From a virus: a stretch of DNA of 64,000 nt. The translations under genes and the position numbers were made by a program. Within the stretch, counting starts at the first letter, position 1; every line of letters starts with the position of its first letter. The DNA is taken from positions 21,711-85,710 of the IMG/VR virus record IMGVR_UViG_3300032236_001159; one strand, 5' to 3'. Below the pieces are notes generated by a model. The model worked only from the letters and a program-made list of their open reading frames with translations. It was not told the DNA's origin and made no database searches. Shown in pieces: positions 53,098 through 60,525 of the stretch.

Positions 53098-53498
53098 TAT
53101 ACTCTAGTTGGTTGTAAAATGAATTCTATATTTTGAGTTGGAAATGGTAAACCAACAATATCATAAGAAATACGAATATCTAAATCGTTAGAATCTTCTG
53201 GAATATCAATCACAACACTTCTTAATCTAATTCTAGGTTCAAAATTTTTGAGAAGTGTTGTGATCTCTTCTTGTAAAAATGAAGATATTCCAGAAGATTG
53301 GAGTTCAAATAATGAATTATCTACAGAAGAACCCAATAAAGAATTAAAAAATCTTTCATTGATACGAGTTCTAACCAAATTTATGACAGATCTTTTGATT
53401 GCATCCTCATTTTTAAGAATACTTATATCATTTGTAACTGGATGCCTCGCAAAAGACAAACTAATATCTTTAAAACTGCGAGAAATTGTTACTGCCAT
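53097..53498 (-). CDS. gp25: Baseplate wedge subunit
   Basis: FKDISLSF.RHPVTND, AIKRSV.NLV.T...ER.F, FEPR. Confidence 0.95.
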   Translation of the reverse strand: MAVTISRSFKDISLSFARHPVTNDISILKNEDAIKRSVINLVRTRINERFFNSLLGSSVDNSLFELQSSGISSFLQEEITTLLKNFEPRIRLRSVVIDIPEDSNDLDIRISYDIVGLPFPTQNIEFILQPTRV

Positions 53499-53534
53499 TC
53501 AAATTTTTGCACTTTTATATATCTATAATAGTTT

Positions 53535-53774
53535 TTACCAACTTTTTCCGTAAGTAGGCTCAGTTCCATAACACCAATCATCATAATCTTCATCATTGCG
53601 AATTTTTTCGTGAAGATCAGTCTGTTTTTTTAAATCATGTTTTGGTGCAATATCATACATAAACTCTTGAATGACTCTTTTTGCTGGATCTATTTGATAA
53701 TCTGTAATTAATTTAGTGGTTCCCCACATTTTTCTCATGTATTCTTGGTCTCTATCGACTTTTTGATTTGTCAT
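53535..53774 (-). CDS. Conserved hypothetical protein
   Basis: 79-aa co-oriented ORF upstream of gp25. Confidence 0.7.
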   Translation of the reverse strand: MTNQKVDRDQEYMRKMWGTTKLITDYQIDPAKRVIQEFMYDIAPKHDLKKQTDLHEKIRNDEDYDDWCYGTEPTYGKSW

Positions 53775-53840
53775 TTTGTCTCCTGATTGAAAATCAGAAC
53801 TTTTTTTGGGGTTTCTATCCCATATTTTATCTATATTATT

Positions 53841-54062
53841 TTATTTTTTGATTTTTTCGTTAAAATTTAAAATAGAATCTCGATTAAATGTTAAATTTTT
53901 CTGAATTCGAATGTCTGAATTTCGAAAAGTCCAACAAAATCCACCATCATCCAAGAAAACTACCCATTCGAGGTCGTGTTCCTGAGAACGATCAATCAAA
54001 AAGAAAGCCCAGCCATTACCTTTTGGAGTAATAACTGGGATTTGTGGATTCAATTGAATCAA
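53841..54062 (-). CDS. Hypothetical protein
   Basis: 73 aa (QLNPQIPVITPKG.GWA...W..F...G.CW); starts at a TTG overlapping the upstream stop. Confidence 0.7.
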   Translation of the reverse strand: MIQLNPQIPVITPKGNGWAFFLIDRSQEHDLEWVVFLDDGGFCWTFRNSDIRIQKNLTFNRDSILNFNEKIKK

Positions 54063-54193
54063 CGACCTTGACCTCTATACTTTTTACGAGCACCATTACG
54101 ACTTGATTTCGCGTATTTGGTATTTTTTCCTTCACCTTGACGAGTATTCTTTGGAGTACTCTCAATTTTCATCTCTTTTCTTGAAGCAGCCAT
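54059..54193 (-). CDS. Small basic protein (44 aa), below the ORF-track cutoff
   Basis: Manual translation MAASRKEMKIESTPKNTRQGEGKNTKYAKSSRNGARKKYRGQGR; GGAG RBS upstream. Confidence 0.8.
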   Translation of the reverse strand: MAASRKEMKIESTPKNTRQGEGKNTKYAKSSRNGARKKYRGQGR

Positions 54194-54368
54194 TTAATTT
54201 TCTCCCAGTTTGATTATAAAACGGTTTTTGTACGGTTTTTAAGAAGACTTATAATCATTAAGGTCTTCTGAGAACATTGAAAATGCCTCTGTGAAACGTT
54301 TTAAATCTCACAAAGGCATTCTATCATTATTCAGTTGAAAAAGTCAAGAAGCGCCTGAGAGAAGTACC

Positions 54369-55124
54369 TCAGATGATTCTAGTCTTTTCATGCCCAACAC
54401 GAATTTTTGGATCACACCAAATCTCAAATCCTGCTTCTTTTGCATCTAGACAGAACGAGACATCCTCGCCGCACATATCCTGAACCTCACCAGATTCAAA
54501 TACTTGCATTTTTGGTGCAAACCAAGGATATTCTAGATTCTCAAACACTCCATTCTTAATGAGTACCCAACCAAAACCTGTGTAATCAACTGTAAATGGC
54601 TTGCGACGCTTGCTCATCGTTTCTAAGGTTTCGTGATTCATCACTCCACCATTACCTCTGAAATCATCTTCATCCAACCAATGAGCAACTGAGGTGGTCA
54701 TTCCGTCCTCAGTACAATACCATCCAGCAGCAATATCCTTATTCATTGAAACAAGACGATAAAACTTTTCAGTATCAAATACAATATCACTATCAATCCA
54801 TAGTTGATAATCATACTTCAAACGCCCATCCCAAGGAACTTGTTTTGGTCCTCTGAGAACATTTGCCCCAAGAACTTTGCAACGGGCAAAATTTACCATT
54901 GAACTATAATCTTGTGAAATCTGAATACTTGCCCCAGACTGAACCAAATCAAAACACAATTGAACAAAGTTCTTTAAGAAAGTATATGATACTCCTCTAC
55001 CAGGAAGACAAAATACAATTGATTTTCCTTGTATTGTTTGTTTTGCTAATGCTAAATCAAAATCGTCTTCATTATTAATTGAAGATTTAGGCGCTGCTGC
55101 TTTTACCGTAAAACCTTTTGCCAT
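54369..55124 (-). CDS. Conserved cyanophage protein with a GT-A glycosyltransferase-like fold
   Basis: LWIDSDIVF (DxD), TGFGWVLIK, GEDVSFC, VGHEK. Confidence 0.75.
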   Translation of the reverse strand: MAKGFTVKAAAPKSSINNEDDFDLALAKQTIQGKSIVFCLPGRGVSYTFLKNFVQLCFDLVQSGASIQISQDYSSMVNFARCKVLGANVLRGPKQVPWDGRLKYDYQLWIDSDIVFDTEKFYRLVSMNKDIAAGWYCTEDGMTTSVAHWLDEDDFRGNGGVMNHETLETMSKRRKPFTVDYTGFGWVLIKNGVFENLEYPWFAPKMQVFESGEVQDMCGEDVSFCLDAKEAGFEIWCDPKIRVGHEKTRII

Positions 55125-55156
55125 AAGTATAAAATTTTAAAAATAGTACCTTTATT

Positions 55157-55185
55157 ATTCTACCACCACAATTCATTTATTGCAA
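55157..55185 (-). promoter_or_regulatory. sigma70-like promoter
   Basis: TTGCAA-17bp-TAGAAT with extended TG. Confidence 0.6.
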
Positions 55186-55343
55186 GGTGGTTCTGCTTTA
55201 TTTAGAGTGATCTCGATATCATCATCATTGCCCCCAGAAGTCCATACAAGTCCTCTGATGAGTTTCAGATTTTCCTGTAAATCACTCTGAGATAATTGAC
55301 TTACAATATTCGTTCCTTTGACCAAAATATTATAAGTATTCAT
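55173..55343 (-). CDS. Small hypothetical protein (56 aa)
   Basis: Manual translation MNTYNILVKGTNIVSQLSQSDLQENLKLIRGLVWTSGG... Confidence 0.6.
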   Translation of the reverse strand: MNTYNILVKGTNIVSQLSQSDLQENLKLIRGLVWTSGGNDDDIEITLNKAEPPCNK

Positions 55344-55482
55344 CTTCTTCTACTTTTCTGAGAAGATCTTCAATTTCTTCTCTAAGAGTATTATTAATCA
55401 CTAATATTTTATCTGTGTATAATCTATGTTGAATTGTTTCCAGTAGCAAATCTTTCTCATAGTCATCAAATTCTAGTTTCAT
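55330..55482 (-). CDS. Small hypothetical protein (50 aa)
   Basis: Manual translation MKLEFDDYEKDLLLETIQHRLYTDK...; overlaps the next start. Confidence 0.6.
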   Translation of the reverse strand: MKLEFDDYEKDLLLETIQHRLYTDKILVINNTLREEIEDLLRKVEEDEYL

Positions 55483-55719
55483 ATTTGAAATGTGTGTGCG
55501 TTTCTTTTTATATAGTGTTTTTTGTCCTTTTGTGAGTGTTTTTTCCTGGGGAAATTTTTTGTTGCTTTTGTAAACCTGTGCGGGAATTTTAAATCCTGGA
55601 AATTTTTTTTAATTGACGTGTATATATTCGAGCGTTTTCAAAGTTTTGTAGGTTACAGGGACCCTTTAAATTAGCTTTTAGGGTTAGGACGCTTTATAAA
55701 CCTTATGAGGCGAGCAACG

Positions 55720-55738
55720 GGGGGTATAAATAACCCCC
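55720..55738 (+). promoter_or_regulatory. Hairpin GGGGGT-ATAAATA-ACCCCC containing a plus-strand late promoter TATAAATA (55725-55732)
   Basis: Read directly from the sequence. Confidence 0.6.
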
Positions 55739-55745
55739 ACGACCC

Positions 55746-56177
55746 CGATATAACTGTCCATTTAGCACATTTTTATTCTAATACACGAAACATACCCCCA
55801 GGTACGCTATAACGAAGGCGACGATATAACTGTCCATTTAGTGCAATTTGATTCTAATACACGAAACATATCCCCAGGTATAATATAATTTAAGAACATT
55901 ATCCTCCCTGTATAAACGAATGAGTAAGCTATAATATAACACGAAACACTGTCTAATACTTTATAGTATTGACGAAGTTGCAAAGTATAATAGAATAGAC
56001 GAAATGCAATCTAGTATATTTTGTCAGTGTGTTAAGTATCAAACAGTGGTGCTTATTAAGAACCATTTAGTACTGCTTGATTCTAATACACGAAACATAT
56101 CCCCAGGTATGTAAAAGACGAAGATCTATAAGAATAACTGATAGTATAGGATTACACGAAGTATCTGATAGCACGAA
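55746..56177 (+). repeat. Dispersed direct repeats (~59-bp unit x2 plus a partial third copy) and 11 co-oriented ACGAA pentamers
   Basis: Units at 55746-55804, 55822-55880 and 56063-56109 share CCATTTAG-N8-9-ATTCTAATACACGAAACATAYCCCCAGGTA. Confidence 0.92.
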
Positions 56178-56195
56178 TTAGATGTTCTTATGATG

Positions 56196-56570
56196 TCAAT
56201 TTGAAGTGGGAACTTTCTCATACTTAGTACAAAATCTTGGTTTGATTTGTTCCTGTAACTGTGCCTCACAATCATTATTAGCAACTATTGAGAATTCAAA
56301 GTTTTCCAATCCAAACTCTGCCATATGATAATGTATATTCTGAACTACAAATCTTTCATTTGATTTTCCTATACACTTTACACAGGATTTGTGAACCCTC
56401 CATCTATTTTTTGGGTTCATACTTTTACCGACATAAACTATTTCATTAGTAATAGTGTTTGTTATGATATAAGTATAAACAGTTTTTAGTGCTTTCTCCA
56501 CAGTTTCTCCACAGTTTCTCCACAGTTTTATAATAGTTCTCCACAGGATGATTTTTATAAACCATTGCAA
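56196..56570 (-). CDS. GIY-YIG endonuclease-like protein (start uncertain; short)
   Basis: YTYIITNTITNEIVYVGKS.NPKNRW..H...GLENFEF...E. Confidence 0.75.
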   Translation of the reverse strand: MQWFIKIILWRTIIKLWRNCGETVEKALKTVYTYIITNTITNEIVYVGKSMNPKNRWRVHKSCVKCIGKSNERFVVQNIHYHMAEFGLENFEFSIVANNDCEAQLQEQIKPRFCTKYEKVPTSN

Positions 56571-56605
56571 ATACTAGGTATTGCTTATAACCTGTGGAGA
56601 ACTAT
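56494..56605. repeat. Cluster of five TTCTCCACA 9-mers: three tandem at 11-bp period, plus one pair forming a 15-bp inverted repeat
   Basis: Copies at 56494, 56505, 56516, 56537 (+) and 56593-56601 (-). IR is 56533-56547 / 56591-56605. Confidence 0.9.
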
Positions 56606-56659
56606 CAATTCATCCCCCCCTTATAGCATAACATAACTCAAAATATTATGTTGATGCCT

Positions 56660-56718
56660 TGTGCCAGTTGTGTAAGTGTCTGGAAATACTTGACTTTTGG
56701 GGCGGTGTGTGTTATAAT
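56660..56718 (+). promoter_or_regulatory. Plus-strand early-type promoter (motif + TTGACT-17-TGnTATAAT)
   Basis: TGTGCCAGTTGTGTAAGTGTCTGG at 56660-56683, -35 at 56690-56695, -10 at 56713-56718; same 26-nt spacing as the minus-strand cassettes. Confidence 0.8.
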
Positions 56719-56738
56719 TAGCGGGCTTAGACCCATAA

Positions 56739-56842
56739 AAAGTAGAAGGTTTAATCAAGCATTAACACATAAAAGAATTCATTCACACATAAAGTAGAAG
56801 GTTTAATCAAGCATTAACACATAAAAGAATTCATTCACACAT
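56739..56842 (+). repeat. Perfect tandem duplication of a 52-bp unit
   Basis: AAAGTAGAAGGTTTAATCAAGCATTAACACATAAAAGAATTCATTCACACAT x2. Confidence 0.95.
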
Positions 56843-56903
56843 AACAATCAACAATATAACATTATCATCATATCAACACATAATGTTTTTTAATACATTT
56901 ATT

Positions 56904-57092
56904 TCATTCTTTTAATACACCATATTCATTCAAAATACCACCAAACCATTGATGATTATATACTCCAACATACAATTTACCAATAGAAAAACCAAATTGT
57001 TCTTCATGTTCTGACTGACCATGACTCCAACCAAGATAGAATAACTTGGTATGAATGAATCCATAATCAGAAGTGACACGCATATCAATCAT
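56904..57092 (-). CDS. Hypothetical early protein
   Basis: 62-aa ORF, last of the early cluster. Confidence 0.6.
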   Translation of the reverse strand: MIDMRVTSDYGFIHTKLFYLGWSHGQSEHEEQFGFSIGKLYVGVYNHQWFGGILNEYGVLKE

Positions 57093-57300
57093 TTTGTTGC
57101 GTAAGAGATACAGAGGACATAGAAATCAGTTCATTTTGAATATCCAGCAGTTCATATTCATCATCACATTGATCAATATCTACAACATCAAACTCATTCA
57201 GATTGATTGAACCATCAGTGTAGATAGGAGCAACTAATAACTCATTGAACTCATCAAGAGTGTAAATAGCACCTTGATCTTCTTTGTAGAATAAAATCAT
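57085..57300 (-). CDS. Hypothetical early protein
   Basis: 71-aa acidic ORF. Confidence 0.65.
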   Translation of the reverse strand: MILFYKEDQGAIYTLDEFNELLVAPIYTDGSINLNEFDVVDIDQCDDEYELLDIQNELISMSSVSLTQQND

Positions 57301-57364
57301 TTTAGTTTAGTAAGTGAGTTATGTTTATGTGTTGTATTTTGAAGTAAAATACTCTTTGAGACTA

Positions 57365-57673
57365 TCAGTCATTTCCAAACTCCTCTTTTAGTTTCAGATA
57401 CTGTTTGAATCGTTCCTCTTTATCTTTATCAATCACCCTTGCTTTTAGTTGTCTATCTAAATCGTCCATCAATTCATCAAAATCAGCATACTCATAATTA
57501 AAAGAATATCTATTAGAATCTTTATTAATACGAAGTTTTACATTCTCTCCCCATTTGCCATAGTTAATTACAATTTCATAACCACCATATACATCTTCAT
57601 TCGTACTCCATGTATAACCAAGTTTTTCAACTTTGAAGATGAGTTGAAGAAATTCGTTTGCGGTAACAGTCAT
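57365..57673 (-). CDS. Hypothetical early protein
   Basis: Likely start MTVTANEF; C-terminal QYLKLKEEFG motif common in phage early proteins. Confidence 0.7.
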   Translation of the reverse strand: MTVTANEFLQLIFKVEKLGYTWSTNEDVYGGYEIVINYGKWGENVKLRINKDSNRYSFNYEYADFDELMDDLDRQLKARVIDKDKEERFKQYLKLKEEFGND

Positions 57674-57674
57674 T

Positions 57675-57803
57675 TCAGTTTTGTTGGGTGAGTTTAATAG
57701 CATCAAGAATGGAAGTAGTCAGATACTTACAAACACCATCTTTATCAACAAGAGCATAAACAAGTTGTTGAGTTTTGATGTCGTAGGTGAAACGAGTAGT
57801 CAT
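57675..57803 (-). CDS. Small hypothetical protein (42 aa)
   Basis: Manual translation MTTRFTYDIKTQQLVYALVDKDGVCKYLTTSILDAIKLTQQN. Confidence 0.55.
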   Translation of the reverse strand: MTTRFTYDIKTQQLVYALVDKDGVCKYLTTSILDAIKLTQQN

Positions 57804-57847
57804 TTGGTGTTTTGAGTGAGTAAGAGTGAGTTAGTTACTGATGATTT

Positions 57848-57997
57848 CTAGTAGTTCTCATCAACATGGTTTTTTGCCTCATCTTCTACACCTTCATCGT
57901 AGATTGCTTGGGCAAACTTCAAGAGTTGTTCTTCTTTACCTGCGAAGTCACCAAATCCACAGATTTTAGCAAGTTCAAGTATCTGTTCGTTAGTCAT
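57848..57997 (-). CDS. Small hypothetical protein (49 aa)
   Basis: Manual translation MTNEQILELAKICGFGDFAGKEEQLLKFAQAIYDEG... Confidence 0.65.
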   Translation of the reverse strand: MTNEQILELAKICGFGDFAGKEEQLLKFAQAIYDEGVEDEAKNHVDENY

Positions 57998-58029
57998 TTG
58001 GTTTTTTGAATGAATGAGTGAGAGTGAGA

Positions 58030-58203
58030 TTAATTATCTTTATCAGGAAATATAGCTTCTACCACACCATCTACAAATCCAATCAAACAAGATTCAATCA
58101 TCAATGAACAGAACTCTTTATCTTTCAAAAGTTCTTGAATAAATTGGTTCTTTGATTTTGATTGAGAGTTTGCTTCTTGAATGATTTTTTGAAACTCACT
58201 CAT
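58030..58203 (-). CDS. Small hypothetical protein (57 aa)
   Basis: AAGGA RBS and promoter directly upstream; MSEFQKIIQEANSQ... Confidence 0.6.
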   Translation of the reverse strand: MSEFQKIIQEANSQSKSKNQFIQELLKDKEFCSLMIESCLIGFVDGVVEAIFPDKDN

Positions 58204-58227
58204 TTTCCTTTGTTTGACTGTCCCCTT

Positions 58228-58256
58228 ATCATAGCACGGATTGAGGGGTTTGTCAA
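58228..58256 (-). promoter_or_regulatory. sigma70 early promoter with a canonical -35 and no palindrome
   Basis: TTGACA-17bp-TATGAT with extended TG. Confidence 0.85.
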
Positions 58257-58309
58257 GGGGTCTACGGTTCTTCTACCTATCAGCATCCCTGATGGGTATA
58301 GAAACTGTT

Positions 58310-58735
58310 TCAGGGTGATTGAATGATCCACTTCTGAATGAGAATCACATCACCAAGAAAAAGATTGGTTCTACCTTCGTAAATATCTCTCCAATACTTA
58401 TCTCCTTGTGGAGTGTCGGCAAAATTAAATGAACTTTCAAGAGCAGAAACATCTCCTTTTAGAACTTTCTTGGCATATGTAGGATTAAATCCCATTGGAA
58501 CTGGAATCTCCGCAGGAAAGACTTTCACTACATCATAAGCATCACCACCACTAATAACATAAAAACCTGCCCCATCTTTAAATTCGTAATACTCAAAATC
58601 ACCATTGCGAAGTTGAACTAATTGTCCAATAACACAAGTGCTGAGATCAACTTGTTCTGCCTCTTCTTGTTTCAGTCTTTCAACTTCTTTTTGAAGTTCT
58701 TCAATTTGAGATTCGAGTTGTTCGTACTTTTTCAT
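58310..58735 (-). CDS. Paralog family member A (coiled-coil leader + insert + TPQG..YW domain)
   Basis: Shares KYEQLESQIEELQKEVERLKQEEA and F..TPQG..YW..IY...IQKWI with its neighbours. Confidence 0.8.
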   Translation of the reverse strand: MKKYEQLESQIEELQKEVERLKQEEAEQVDLSTCVIGQLVQLRNGDFEYYEFKDGAGFYVISGGDAYDVVKVFPAEIPVPMGFNPTYAKKVLKGDVSALESSFNFADTPQGDKYWRDIYEGRTNLFLGDVILIQKWIIQSP

Positions 58736-59058
58736 TTTGTTGGTTGTTGAGTGTAGTAGGTTGTACTTTTAATTAGTTCCAGATATGTGATCACCCATTT
58801 TTGAAGTTGAATCATGGCCTTATCAGTTAGTGGTTCATTCGCACAATAGATGTTATACCAATATCTATAACCTTGTGGAGTATATTCCCAATCAAAGGCA
58901 CATCCAAGGATATTAATATGACCAGTATCAATTATTTTTTTGACAATATCAATCTTAAATCCACGAGGAAGTTTATTGCTTGCTTCTTCTTGTTTCAGTC
59001 TTTCAACTTCCTTTTGAAGTTCTTGAATTTTTGATTCAAGTTGTTCGTACTTTGCCAT
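58732..59058 (-). CDS. Paralog family member B
   Basis: Same leader and C-terminal domain. Confidence 0.8.
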   Translation of the reverse strand: MAKYEQLESKIQELQKEVERLKQEEASNKLPRGFKIDIVKKIIDTGHINILGCAFDWEYTPQGYRYWYNIYCANEPLTDKAMIQLQKWVITYLELIKSTTYYTQQPTK

Positions 59059-59085
59059 TTTGTTGTTTGTTGATTGAGAAATGAA

Positions 59086-59265
59086 CTAAACTAATTCCCA
59101 GTGATAACCAATGCCCCAACCCTCAGGACCATAAATCACTGTGCGTTTGATAATGTTGGAATCAAGCATAGGTTGAATTGCTCGCATCCGTTGTGAATGA
59201 TTTAGAACACAATTTGTATTTCCGATTTCTTCAAGAATCACAGATTGTGCCTTAGTGAACTTCAC
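59086..59265 (-). CDS. Small hypothetical protein (59 aa, GTG start)
   Basis: First ORF after the cassette RBS; MKFTKAQSVILEEIG... Confidence 0.55.
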   Translation of the reverse strand: MKFTKAQSVILEEIGNTNCVLNHSQRMRAIQPMLDSNIIKRTVIYGPEGWGIGYHWELV

Positions 59266-59291
59266 TTGGTTTCCTTTGCTTGTGTCCCCTT

Positions 59292-59350
59292 ATTATAGCA
59301 GGTCTCAGGGTCGTTTGGGAGTATAATGTGCCAGAAGAATTACTGGCACA
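59292..59350 (-). promoter_or_regulatory. Early promoter cassette (palindrome + extended -10)
   Basis: TGTGCCAG-N8-CTGGCACA at 59327-59350, then 26 nt, then TGCTATAAT. Confidence 0.85.
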
Positions 59351-59364
59351 TCGCATCATTGGAC

Positions 59365-59565
59365 TCAGTAAGACCCTGCTAGATTCTTCATCCAAATGAC
59401 TGTAACTGAATCATCACCATCCTCGTGTGTCATCAATTCTTCCCATTCCATCAAAATTGCTTTCGCATTTTCTGCTTGATTATTGTTGATAAGATGAAGA
59501 ACTTGATCGTTCATATAATCAACCGAAACTTCAATTTGAGAATTGCGTTGCTTGTCAGAGTTCAT
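59365..59565 (-). CDS. Hypothetical early protein
   Basis: 66-aa ORF. Confidence 0.6.
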   Translation of the reverse strand: MNSDKQRNSQIEVSVDYMNDQVLHLINNNQAENAKAILMEWEELMTHEDGDDSVTVIWMKNLAGSY

Positions 59566-59608
59566 AAAGTTGTTTGTAATGTGTGTTTGAATGAGTAAGA
59601 ATTATGAT

Positions 59609-59914
59609 TTACTTTTGATTTTGTTCGAGATACATAATCACCCATTTTTGAAGTTGAATAATATCTTTCTTGCGAAGTATTCCAAGGTCACTATAGATGT
59701 CATTCCAATAAGTAAATCCTTGTTTCGTATCGGCCCATTCAAAGGCATCATCAAGGTAATTGGTATCACCATCATCAAGGATTTTTTTGACAACATCAAT
59801 CTTAAATCCACGAGGAAGTTTATTACTTGCTTCTTCTTGTTTCAGACGTTCAACTTCCTTTTGAAGTTCTTCAATTTGGGATTCGAGTTGCTGGTACTTT
59901 TCAGAATAAGTCAT
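59609..59914 (-). CDS. Paralog family member C (likely start MTYSEKY)
   Basis: Near-identical N-terminal half to member B. Confidence 0.8.
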   Translation of the reverse strand: MTYSEKYQQLESQIEELQKEVERLKQEEASNKLPRGFKIDVVKKILDDGDTNYLDDAFEWADTKQGFTYWNDIYSDLGILRKKDIIQLQKWVIMYLEQNQK

Positions 59915-59939
59915 TTGTTTGTAATGTGAGATTGTAGGA

Positions 59940-60149
59940 CTAGGAAAGAATGATGCGATAATCAATAGATTTAATACACCAACCAGTAGCACTGGTTATT
60001 TCTTCTACTAAATCATCAGCATCATCAGCATCCCAGATTTGACCGATAGTTTCATCAGTTATTTCCAATTCTTCTTGGACTGATAGTTCCAGATCCTCAC
60101 CAGAATCATCAGTGAAATCAAATTCAATTTCAGTAACTTGAAACTTCAT
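59940..60149 (-). CDS. Hypothetical early protein
   Basis: MKFQVTEIEFDF...WDADDADDLVEEITSATGWCIKSIDY. Confidence 0.7.
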   Translation of the reverse strand: MKFQVTEIEFDFTDDSGEDLELSVQEELEITDETIGQIWDADDADDLVEEITSATGWCIKSIDYRIILS

Positions 60150-60172
60150 CGTTTTGTCTTGATTACTCCGCA

Positions 60173-60231
60173 ATCATAGCACGGATTGGAGGGGTTTGGG
60201 GATATAGTGTGCCAGAAGAATTACTGGCACA
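60173..60231 (-). promoter_or_regulatory. Early promoter cassette
   Basis: Palindrome at 60208-60231, then 26 nt, then TGCTATGAT. Confidence 0.85.
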
Positions 60232-60327
60232 CCGTATCATTGGACTCGTGTAAGACAGGTTAAACTATACACCACACAGAGCACGTTGAGTAGAACCTGA
60301 TGCTTGACGATTCAAACTGGCTCAAAT

Positions 60328-60525
60328 TTATAGTGAAGATATGAAACTTAGGAAATTTGGAGTTTTATTATTATCATAAAAGCAATCTGCTTCATCAGGA
60401 ACAACAATATCTGGATGATTTTCAGTGAGATAATTCATCAGAAACTGACCATAACGTAGATTCTCCGAATGAAGTAGATATGCACTATTTGCACGGTGCA
60501 TAAAATAATCATAGTCAAAAGTCAT
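60328..60525 (-). CDS. Hypothetical early protein
   Basis: LRYGQFLMN.L...D.FY motif seen in small phage proteins. Confidence 0.65.
   Translation of the reverse strand: MTFDYDYFMHRANSAYLLHSENLRYGQFLMNYLTENHPDIVVPDEADCFYDNNKTPNFLSFISSL

Noticed and set aside
55746-56109. Repeats as a mini-CRISPR array
   Set aside because: Only three copies; the gaps are very unequal (~46 vs ~200 bp) and partly repeated themselves; no cas genes in the window.
53775-57000. tRNA genes in the intergenic stretches
   Set aside because: No cloverleaf or T-loop (GTTCGAATC-type) signature found by eye; tRNAscan-SE would be decisive.
59915-59992. Signal-peptide-like N-terminal extension of ORF 59609..59992
   Set aside because: It overlaps the upstream gene in another frame; paralog alignment points to the ATG at 59914.
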